A DNA stretch of 64,000 bases from a virus. Taxonomy: Duplodnaviria > Caudoviricetes. Both the position numbers and the translations under genes were made by a program. Shown here piece by piece: positions 56,771-64,000 of this stretch. The stretch is taken from positions 1,910-65,909 of IMG/VR virus record IMGVR_UViG_3300042478_001888, one strand, 5' to 3'. Below the pieces are notes generated by a model. The model saw only the letters and a list, made by a program, of their open reading frames with translations, did not search any database and was not told the DNA's origin. Positions within the stretch are counted from its first letter, which is position 1. Each line of letters begins with the position of its first letter.

Positions 56771-58359
56771 GTTTTTATGTAATTGTATATTTCTTCAAAG
56801 ATATTTTCCTTTTTCATATTATATGGCTTACCATCAATAATTTTATCAATGTCCTCCATTTTGTTCCCCATTAAGTTCCAGATATGCTCGTCAATAGTAT
56901 CTTTTACGAGTATGGTATAGATGTTCACTGGCTTGGTCTGGCCGGCACGATACACCCTACTCACTGCCTGGGCGAAGTCAGTAGGTACAAATGCCCAATT
57001 CAAGAAGAGTACATCGGAAGCGTTTTGAAGCTCAATAGAGGTCCCTGCGGCCCTCATATTGCCAATGAATACCTTGCACCTATTATCTCCAGTAAACCTT
57101 CTAATAATGTCTCCACGCTTCTCTGTGGCAACGCTCCCATCGATATAAGCCGCCGAAGGGTATAACTTATACACCTCTTGCAAGGGGGCGGTATAACTAC
57201 CAAACACCACAGCCTTTTTCCCAGCCTCAATGATATTGTCAATAGTTTCCTTAATGATTGGCACTTTGGCTAAAGATATGATTCGATTTAGGGAATGGAT
57301 ATTGTTTTCAAGCTGCTGCCTGGTTCTAACCTCCTCCTCGCAGATTCTTTTAATTTCAGCCTCGTACTGTTCTAGCCACTGGCCATCGCCCTTCACATTG
57401 TAAAGCACATAGTTTTTCTTTGGCATATCCCAGCAATCTTCCAGCCGATACCTTACCATAAAGTTTGCCATTTCGCGTCTAAGCTGGGGGATATTCTTTG
57501 CCCCTTTCACTTTAAAGCCATCTTTCTCCAAGAAATTAAGGTCAAACTTCAACTTGTTGGAGCCTAAAGGGTGGCCGGCAAGTTTAAGGTAAGCAAAGAA
57601 ATCATCTGCCCTATTGGTGTTGGGTGTGCCAGAGGCAAAGGTAATATGGGCATCAGAGCCTTTAAGGATAGCCTTCACAGCCTTAAACCTTTGGGTTTTG
57701 GTACTCTTGATCCGTTGGCACTCGTCTAGGATAATGTGCTTTATGCCCTTGCTTCTAAGGTAATCAACACTCCTATGCAATAGGTCATAGTTGATAATGA
57801 TAAACTTTTCGTTTAGGGCTTGAATAAAGTGGCGGCGCTGGGAATACACTACGGTAAACTCAAAGGAGTTAAATCCCCACTGCTCACTCAGGGAGGTTAC
57901 CCAGTTGTCTTTGGCACTGGCCTCACAAACTATTAAAGTTGGGTAGAGGTTTTTGTACTTAGACTTCATGATGGTGGTAATGGTTTTGCCGGTGCCTTGG
58001 TCTAGGGCTGCTAGGGTATGCTTGTTGGTGCAAGCAAACATTAGGGTGTCTATTTGGTGGTGGCGTAGCTTCCTGCCGTTGAGGGGGAATAGGGAGTGTA
58101 CCTTGGTGTCAAACATTTTGTAGAGTTTGTTGTATGCTACCTTTAGCTTTTCGGCGATTATGATGCCTTGGGGAGACTTCCAATCTATGCCTCTATCATC
58201 AAGGAGATTCTTTACCGCCTCTTTGCGGAGCGCCGAAAGGTTACCCTTCCAATAGGCTTTCCCCCCCACCACAACCTTTGTCATACCATACAGCTCTGCA
58301 TAATACTCTCCCTCCCTATACTCTAGATATAGGTTTCCATTCTCCTTTAAGTGCATCAT
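56764..58359 (-). CDS. SNF2-like helicase
   Basis: DQGTGKT, LDECQ, SGTP and QAVSRVYRAGQ motifs. Confidence 0.9.
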   Translation of the reverse strand: MMHLKENGNLYLEYREGEYYAELYGMTKVVVGGKAYWKGNLSALRKEAVKNLLDDRGIDWKSPQGIIIAEKLKVAYNKLYKMFDTKVHSLFPLNGRKLRHHQIDTLMFACTNKHTLAALDQGTGKTITTIMKSKYKNLYPTLIVCEASAKDNWVTSLSEQWGFNSFEFTVVYSQRRHFIQALNEKFIIINYDLLHRSVDYLRSKGIKHIILDECQRIKSTKTQRFKAVKAILKGSDAHITFASGTPNTNRADDFFAYLKLAGHPLGSNKLKFDLNFLEKDGFKVKGAKNIPQLRREMANFMVRYRLEDCWDMPKKNYVLYNVKGDGQWLEQYEAEIKRICEEEVRTRQQLENNIHSLNRIISLAKVPIIKETIDNIIEAGKKAVVFGSYTAPLQEVYKLYPSAAYIDGSVATEKRGDIIRRFTGDNRCKVFIGNMRAAGTSIELQNASDVLFLNWAFVPTDFAQAVSRVYRAGQTKPVNIYTILVKDTIDEHIWNLMGNKMEDIDKIIDGKPYNMKKENIFEEIYNYIKTW

Positions 58360-58817
58360 AGATTCTCTTTCAGGAAGGCGTCAAAATGCGTGTAGGATTC
58401 AAAAACATTGGCGAGTTTCTTGCTAAGTTCTTTTGCAGTCCATTTCTTTTCCAGCATAGTATCAATAGCATCTTTGAATACAGCATACATAAGGTCGGAA
58501 GCCTCGGAAGAGCCATCTGCCAACCACCTGTCCCCTTCACGCACAAACACTAAGTCAATCCCTCTGCAATACACCTCAGCGAAGCTAGAATTGTCTGTAT
58601 CTACAATCACATCGCCATACGTTTCAATCGTGCCATAGCCATCGAAATTAACATATCCGGCAGAGGTAACAATCAGGCAGTCTTTACTTCCCCTTACGAG
58701 GGTGTCAAAGTCGTGCTGGTTGTTGGGGGTGGCAGAGTAAGAAACCTTGCCCATTGCGGTGTAAACGTACTCATCATCTCGATAGTCGCTTAACTTGTTG
58801 ATTACAATTTTTATCAT
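58356..58817 (-). CDS. hypothetical protein
   Basis: 153 aa, coupled within the operon. Confidence 0.6.
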   Translation of the reverse strand: MIKIVINKLSDYRDDEYVYTAMGKVSYSATPNNQHDFDTLVRGSKDCLIVTSAGYVNFDGYGTIETYGDVIVDTDNSSFAEVYCRGIDLVFVREGDRWLADGSSEASDLMYAVFKDAIDTMLEKKWTAKELSKKLANVFESYTHFDAFLKENL

Positions 58818-58820
58818 GGC

Positions 58821-60071
58821 TTAAAGTATTTCCTCTGTGAATTTAATCTCTACACCTTCCTCTGCGTCCCAGCCAACCTTTTCAAAGATAAGCTGAATAT
58901 CCTCTCCGGCCAAGTCAACAATCCGCTCAAAGGTATCTTTGTCCATTGAGTTCATGTCTAGCTTCATTACCCTAAAGTTTGAGCCTAAAGCGCGGAAGAT
59001 ATGGAAGCCTACCTCGTATATCTTGGCAGTGTTTATCTGCCCTTCCTCAAAGGGTAGGCCGTTTAGGTAAACACCATCATCATCAAACGATAAGCCTTCA
59101 ACCGGCAAGGAACTGCTGGAGAGTATCTCTGCCTTTTCCCTGTCTATGTCAGCGAGTTTATTGGTTAAGGAAACACTTGCCTTTTTGTAGTATTGGAGTT
59201 CTTGGTGTTGGGCTATGAGTGCCTCTTGGATTTTTACTTTGGCGTTATGCTCTTCGGCGGCCTTTAGCTTTTCGGATATTTGTTCTCCCGAGGGCTTTTC
59301 CCTTTTCTTTAACCAAGCATCAGCCTTTTCAATCTCTGCCTTTAGGGTTTCGTTTTCAAGCTCTAATGCTTTAATCTTTTCCCGGTAGCCCTCAATCGCC
59401 GAAAGGTTATCATTGAGCTTATCAAGCCTCTCCGCCTTGCCACTTTCAGCCCTAACATAAAGCTCAACTTCTTTCCCTACATTCTGCATCTGGGAATAAA
59501 TATCCGAGGTGTCAATAGCCTTTAGCATTTCCCCCAACTCTTGACCTTTGAGCTTACCTTCGTACTCAGAAACCTTTCGGTTAACATCTGTACGATCCTC
59601 ATAGGCCTTTTTCCTTTCAATATCTAACAGGTCTAATTCTTTCTTCCTACCAGACAAAGTTTTAAGAAGCTCAATTTGCTCGTTTTTCTTGCGTCTAAGG
59701 AAGTTTTCCACTACGTCAAAGGAGATAGTGCCAAGCATCTGCCGAAAGGCCTTTATACCTAACTTCTGGCCTTGGGAGTTATGCACTGTGATATTCCCTT
59801 CGGTTTTACCGGTGTTGTTTGACCATACAGCCCTTACCTTGTAGGTATCTTGCTCATCTCCCACCTCCACAATTACCTCTGCCATAGTTTCCCCTTTACG
59901 GATTACCTCTGTGGGGTGGCCTTGGCCGGAAAGGGTGGAGAGGAAGGCTTGAATGGTTGATGTCTTACCGGCACCATTGGGCGCGGTAACAATGAACGAC
60001 TTGCCATCTACGTTTATCTGGGCTTCGGATATGCCCTTGTAGTTCTTAATGTGTGCGCTTTGTAGCTTCAT
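58821..60071 (-). CDS. SMC/SbcC-like AAA ATPase with coiled coil
   Basis: IKNYKGI, APNGAGKTS Walker A, long coiled coil, NGLPF. Confidence 0.8.
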   Translation of the reverse strand: MKLQSAHIKNYKGISEAQINVDGKSFIVTAPNGAGKTSTIQAFLSTLSGQGHPTEVIRKGETMAEVIVEVGDEQDTYKVRAVWSNNTGKTEGNITVHNSQGQKLGIKAFRQMLGTISFDVVENFLRRKKNEQIELLKTLSGRKKELDLLDIERKKAYEDRTDVNRKVSEYEGKLKGQELGEMLKAIDTSDIYSQMQNVGKEVELYVRAESGKAERLDKLNDNLSAIEGYREKIKALELENETLKAEIEKADAWLKKREKPSGEQISEKLKAAEEHNAKVKIQEALIAQHQELQYYKKASVSLTNKLADIDREKAEILSSSSLPVEGLSFDDDGVYLNGLPFEEGQINTAKIYEVGFHIFRALGSNFRVMKLDMNSMDKDTFERIVDLAGEDIQLIFEKVGWDAEEGVEIKFTEEIL

Positions 60072-60076
60072 GGTTT

Positions 60077-60328
60077 TTATTGTTTAGGTTGTATGATTAC
60101 TCCTTGTGGATATGATAATTCACTTTCATTCACTCCTATTGGCATATTACCCCAACTTTCTTCAACAGGTAGTATTGTTGCTGATGATAGGATTTCTTTT
60201 AATTCTTTGATTCTCCCTAAGTAGTAATCGTTGTTATCTGATGATGATTCCTTGCGTGTATTTTCAAGTTCAGCTATCTTAGCTTCAATCTCTTGTTTAC
60301 CCTCTTGGGTTAAATAAATGCCTATCAT
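60077..60328 (-). CDS. hypothetical protein
   Basis: 83-aa ORF. Confidence 0.6.
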   Translation of the reverse strand: MIGIYLTQEGKQEIEAKIAELENTRKESSSDNNDYYLGRIKELKEILSSATILPVEESWGNMPIGVNESELSYPQGVIIQPKQ

Positions 60329-60537
60329 GGTTTATTGGTTAAAGGTTTCGTTGTACTATCGTTCACCGCTGCTGCAATTGTTTGTAATATCCAAAATTCT
60401 CCGTGTTTAAAAGCCTCATTACTCTGCTCCTTCTCCATTTCTTTGGCTTGATAAAAATCAACTGCTGAAAGTTTACCATTTTCATTTAGTTGCACTTCCA
60501 ACCATTCTACCGCTGTTTGTTGTTTGTTGTTGCTCAT
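60325..60537 (-). CDS. KQQTAVE-family protein (C-terminus frameshifted)
   Basis: KQQTAVEWL..EMEKEQ; the family end YNETFNQ* lies in another frame. Confidence 0.6.
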   Translation of the reverse strand: MSNNKQQTAVEWLEVQLNENGKLSAVDFYQAKEMEKEQSNEAFKHGEFWILQTIAAAVNDSTTKPLTNKP

Positions 60538-60540
60538 AAG

Positions 60541-60793
60541 TTATTTGTTATAGGTTTCGTTGTAGTATTTTTCAGCGTCTGCCATTGGGTCATCATCATT
60601 CCAACCGTTGTTTGAATAGGCGGATTATCTGCTCCTTCTCCAGTTCTTTAGCTTGTTCGCAAAAGTTAATAGCTTTGACTAATCCAATTCTATAATCCCC
60701 TGTACGATTTGTGCCAAGTTGATTGTGGGCAGATTTTCTTATTTCTTCTTTTAGCTGGCTAATTACCAATTCTAACGCTGTTTGCTGTGGCAT
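60541..60793 (-). pseudogene. KQQTAVE-family gene with frameshift
   Basis: MPQQTALE..EKEQII, then AYSNNGW..AEKYYNETYNK* in a shifted frame. Confidence 0.55.
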
Positions 60794-60794
60794 A

Positions 60795-61583
60795 TTACTT
60801 CTTTTTTTGTTGTTCAAACCATTCTTTTTTTGCTTTTGGGAATGAATAATTTTCTCCTCTATATAACCATCCATTATAAAATGCATTATGTAAATCTTCC
60901 TCACTATACATTCTTTCAGCTTGAAATTTAGCACCATTATTAAATATATTTCTTGGTTCTTCATTCAAATCAACTGCCTTCATTGGAAAATACATTAGCC
61001 TTATTGGATATAATCTTTCAGCAGCTTCTTCATGAGTTTCTTGTTTAGGTTCTAAAGCCCCCTTCAACCTCATATAGTTTTCAGCTCTTTGCTTAGCTTC
61101 TTCGGTAGGTTCTTCAAGAGTTTTTTGTAAAGGTTCACAATCACAAGTTATAGTATGACCACAATAACATTTAATTTGTTTAGGTTCTTCTTGTGGAAGA
61201 ATGATTTTGTATCGCCAAGTTCCATCCGGAGAAACATTACCCATTTTAAACCCAAACATAGTACCATTTCCTTCCCATTCGTTTTCAACCTCAACCCTCT
61301 CACAACTTGGATTCTTAACAAACCATTCTAAGAACTCATTGTCAATAGGTTGTACCCCTTCTGCGATTAGGTCTGGGTTGTCGGTTAGAATGATTTTTTT
61401 ACACCAATTACTATGATTTACATTCTTTTCATAGATTAAATCATCACACTTATCTAACTTACCATTTAGTGTATTTAAAAACCAATCTCCCTCTTTAATT
61501 CTCTCATCATTAGTGATGTAAAGGTATTGATGCAGAACATCAGCGCCTTCTTGCTCTTTTGTAATTAAATGTACGTTTGTCAT
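60795..61583 (-). CDS. mosaic hypothetical protein of Bacteroidota phages
   Basis: KKIILTD.PDLI..GVQ.ID.EFLEWFVKNPSCE, EEPKQ and ERMYSEED modules. Confidence 0.7.
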   Translation of the reverse strand: MTNVHLITKEQEGADVLHQYLYITNDERIKEGDWFLNTLNGKLDKCDDLIYEKNVNHSNWCKKIILTDNPDLIAEGVQPIDNEFLEWFVKNPSCERVEVENEWEGNGTMFGFKMGNVSPDGTWRYKIILPQEEPKQIKCYCGHTITCDCEPLQKTLEEPTEEAKQRAENYMRLKGALEPKQETHEEAAERLYPIRLMYFPMKAVDLNEEPRNIFNNGAKFQAERMYSEEDLHNAFYNGWLYRGENYSFPKAKKEWFEQQKKK

Positions 61584-61765
61584 GGTGTTTGTGTTTTAAT
61601 TTGTTTACTTAAAGATTTAAGTTCGTTAATGAGTTGGCTTACCTCGCTTTTGGTTAGCGATGTTTTGTAATAATAGTCGCAGCATTCTCCAATAAACAAT
61701 TCTCCGCTGGGACTAACTTCAAAAAAAACAATTCTTGCTTCCTCAAGTTTTTTGAGTATTGGCAT
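61580..61765 (-). CDS. hypothetical protein
   Basis: 61 aa, coupled. Confidence 0.5.
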   Translation of the reverse strand: MPILKKLEEARIVFFEVSPSGELFIGECCDYYYKTSLTKSEVSQLINELKSLSKQIKTQTP

Positions 61766-61776
61766 GGTTTTGTGTA

Positions 61777-62007
61777 TTAAAGGTTAGTAGGCTGCGACCA
61801 GTCAATGCGGTAGATTGCGTTCTTGTGTTCTACTACCTCGAAGCCGTTTATTTTTAGCCTTTGAATGTCTTCATTGGCAATCGGGCCTTTTACCCAGCAG
61901 TACATTTCGCCTTGCTTAGCCTTGTTAATGCAGGCGGCTTCGATTTCGGCCATTAAAATTCTTGGCTTGATGTTTGCCAAGTTGTGAAGGTGGTTTGCGT
62001 AAATCAT
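61777..62007 (-). CDS. hypothetical protein
   Basis: 76-aa ORF. Confidence 0.55.
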   Translation of the reverse strand: MIYANHLHNLANIKPRILMAEIEAACINKAKQGEMYCWVKGPIANEDIQRLKINGFEVVEHKNAIYRIDWSQPTNL

Positions 62008-62018
62008 GGTGTTTGTTG

Positions 62019-62246
62019 TTAATTGTTTATCTCGTTAAGTTCAATTTGCAAGCTGCTAATCATTGATGATACTCTGCCCTTGGCAAACTCAGCCTCAACA
62101 GGCATATAGCCGAGGGCAAGGCTTAACTGCTCAATGGCGAAGCGTAGCCTTTCGGCGTTTTCCCTCTCCCTGGCAACCTTAAACAACTCCTTACCACCGT
62201 ACATATTTGGCAATAACATCTCTTCTAAGAAATCAACGCCACTCAT
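62019..62246 (-). CDS. hypothetical protein
   Basis: 75-aa ORF. Confidence 0.55.
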   Translation of the reverse strand: MSGVDFLEEMLLPNMYGGKELFKVARERENAERLRFAIEQLSLALGYMPVEAEFAKGRVSSMISSLQIELNEINN

Positions 62247-62388
62247 TTCCAGTTCCTTACTTCATAATAAAAACTGAAACAAAGCCAGCTAACGCTAAAC
62301 TCCAAGTGCAACAGCACATTCATTCTCCGAAAGTAATCTACCCTCACGCATGGCAAGAGGTAAAACGCATTTTTGTGAAAGTAGTAAC

Positions 62389-63429
62389 TCATTGGTTTTC
62401 TAATTTATATTGTTTGCAAAAATCTTTAAACTCACAGTAATCGTTGCAGCGCTTGTTCTCGCCCTCAATCTTTTTTACTATCACGCCCTCTGGGTGCTTA
62501 TGCTCATTCTCCAACACCCACTGCAAAGCATCGTTCTCGCGGTAAAACTCACTCGCTAAAGACCTCTTCTGCTTCTCTGGGTTGGCATTATACACCTTCC
62601 AGGCACTTGCACTCTGCCACTTCTCCTCTGGGGTGCATTGGTAAGAGTCCGGCCCTTCAAGCTCTACCTTCTGGTGCAAGGCGATCCTTTCGGTAACATA
62701 CTCCTCAACCTCCTTAAAGCCCATTAGCGGGACCTCAATTTCCATTACCCTTTGGGGTGGATATACAGATGAAGATGTGGACTGTGCCTTACTTTTCTGC
62801 CAATCCCTGAACCACTTAACAAGTACCGATTGGGCAATGTCTATGTCAAGTTCCTTTTTAATCATCCACCGGTAAATGTTCTGTTGAAGGTTGTGCTGCC
62901 GAGATTCGTACTTGTTGGCATAAGACCATACCGACACCTTCTTAAAGTCAATGAGCTTCCTCTTATCAAGCTCTACCCTATCAAACTGCCCCTTTAGATG
63001 CCAGCCCAACACTTCAACTTGCATTATCTCCTCAGTGATAACATACTTGCGGTAATATGGGAAGCCGGAGGTTAACACTTCTTGCAGCCCTTCCCTAATT
63101 TCTTTTGATTTGAAATATAGGGGCATCTGCTCTCGGTTGTTGAACTGGCTGACTAGCTTGTCAAGAACGTCTATGGCTCGGTGCAAGGTTCTGGCATCGG
63201 CGTTATACACATCGGCCATTTCAAGTACATAGTGTAGTGCTGTGCCCTCAATAGCTGGGAGCATATCTACCACGTCTTTGTGTACCTTGTTGGCATATTT
63301 CTTTTTGAACTGCCGAATCTTTGGGCTGTCAATAAGAGAGGTAACGCTTATATCCCCCTTGCTAATGTACGTTTCGCAATGGGCGGCTTTGAAAATTACC
63401 TCTGGGAGGTTGTGTTTGTTGGTTAGCAT
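62389..63429 (-). CDS. PD-(D/E)XK exonuclease (Cas4-like phage recombination nuclease)
   Basis: LTNKHNLP, ISVTSLI, GTALH, GQFD..LIDFK, QQNIY and RC..YC..C motifs. Confidence 0.8.
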   Translation of the reverse strand: MLTNKHNLPEVIFKAAHCETYISKGDISVTSLIDSPKIRQFKKKYANKVHKDVVDMLPAIEGTALHYVLEMADVYNADARTLHRAIDVLDKLVSQFNNREQMPLYFKSKEIREGLQEVLTSGFPYYRKYVITEEIMQVEVLGWHLKGQFDRVELDKRKLIDFKKVSVWSYANKYESRQHNLQQNIYRWMIKKELDIDIAQSVLVKWFRDWQKSKAQSTSSSVYPPQRVMEIEVPLMGFKEVEEYVTERIALHQKVELEGPDSYQCTPEEKWQSASAWKVYNANPEKQKRSLASEFYRENDALQWVLENEHKHPEGVIVKKIEGENKRCNDYCEFKDFCKQYKLENQ

Positions 63430-63460
63430 TGTGCAATGTTAAGTATTATTTTCACATCAA

Positions 63461-63876
63461 AATGTTAAAAGGTGTTAAAACGAAAAGCGGCCACAACGAA
63501 GTAGGGCTGTTGGGGCTATACATTAGTTAGCGGTCATTGGGGTGGTAATGTTCCCTTATTTCCTGACATGCTTCTTTTGTTGCATCATTGTAGCCCTGTT
63601 CATAACCTTTGTCAAAGCCCAACGAACCGCTAACATCGTGTATGCGTAAGGCTTGCTTCACTTTTTCAATATACTCTGTCAAATTACATTCTTGCTGCTT
63701 AACACCTTTATCGTAAACTTCAAACAGTAGTTTTTCTAATTGCTTGTCTTGTTTTTTGTTCTTCATTCTAATTAAGTTTTTCGTTAATAAATAGCCCTAC
63801 GCATAAATGTTAAAAATAGTTAAAAGAAAAGCGGCCCCACCGAAGTAGGGCTGTTGGGTTTATACATTAGTTAGCG
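63461..63876. repeat. ~72-bp direct repeats (63461-63532 and 63805-63876) flanking a 79-aa gene
   Basis: aatgttaaaa..gttaaaa..aaaagcggcc.ca.cgaagtagggctgttggg..tatacattagttagcg, present twice. Confidence 0.85.
63527..63766 (-). CDS. hypothetical protein with ALRIHDVSGS junction
   Basis: 79 aa, between the direct repeats. Confidence 0.65.
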   Translation of the reverse strand: MKNKKQDKQLEKLLFEVYDKGVKQQECNLTEYIEKVKQALRIHDVSGSLGFDKGYEQGYNDATKEACQEIREHYHPNDR

Positions 63877-64000
63877 AGATTGCGAAGACGCTGTTCACAA
63901 AGACGCTTGACATCAGCACAATCATCCATTCTCCACCATTGATAAGTTTTTTCTATCCTATGAAACACCCGCCCTAAAACATCCCTTGCACTCATCACGC

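Noticed and set aside
60596-60964. 122-aa ORF from the track
   Set aside because: The N-terminal half overlaps the 262-aa gene out of frame; the family-like start is MPQQTALE at 60793

Overview
A 64-kb segment of a tailed dsDNA phage, most likely infecting Bacteroidota: the TAnnTTTG promoter motif sits just upstream of many genes. The head and tail gene order is crAss-like (podovirus type): terminase, portal, scaffold, major capsid, auxiliary capsid protein, tail rings, muzzle, three ejection proteins, fibres and lysis genes. Minus-strand early/accessory genes (1-8.5 kb) and minus-strand replication/recombination genes (50-64 kb) flank this plus-strand block. Main observations: (1) the heptamer CGCCGAA/TTCGGCG recurs about 70 times by manual count, often where composition flips from G/T-rich to C/A-rich, and it borders several modules; (2) a C5-cytosine methyltransferase domain is embedded in the 2887-aa putative ejected virion protein, alongside four stand-alone MTases; (3) a TV-Pol-like family-A polymerase lies among structural genes next to a triple inverted repeat; (4) integron-like GTTRRRY/RYYYAAC-bounded cassettes and repeated terminator-promoter modules; (5) a tRNA-like element whose fragments flank an HNH gene; (6) a split terminase. 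Products were assigned by motif recognition and gene order only; no searches were run.
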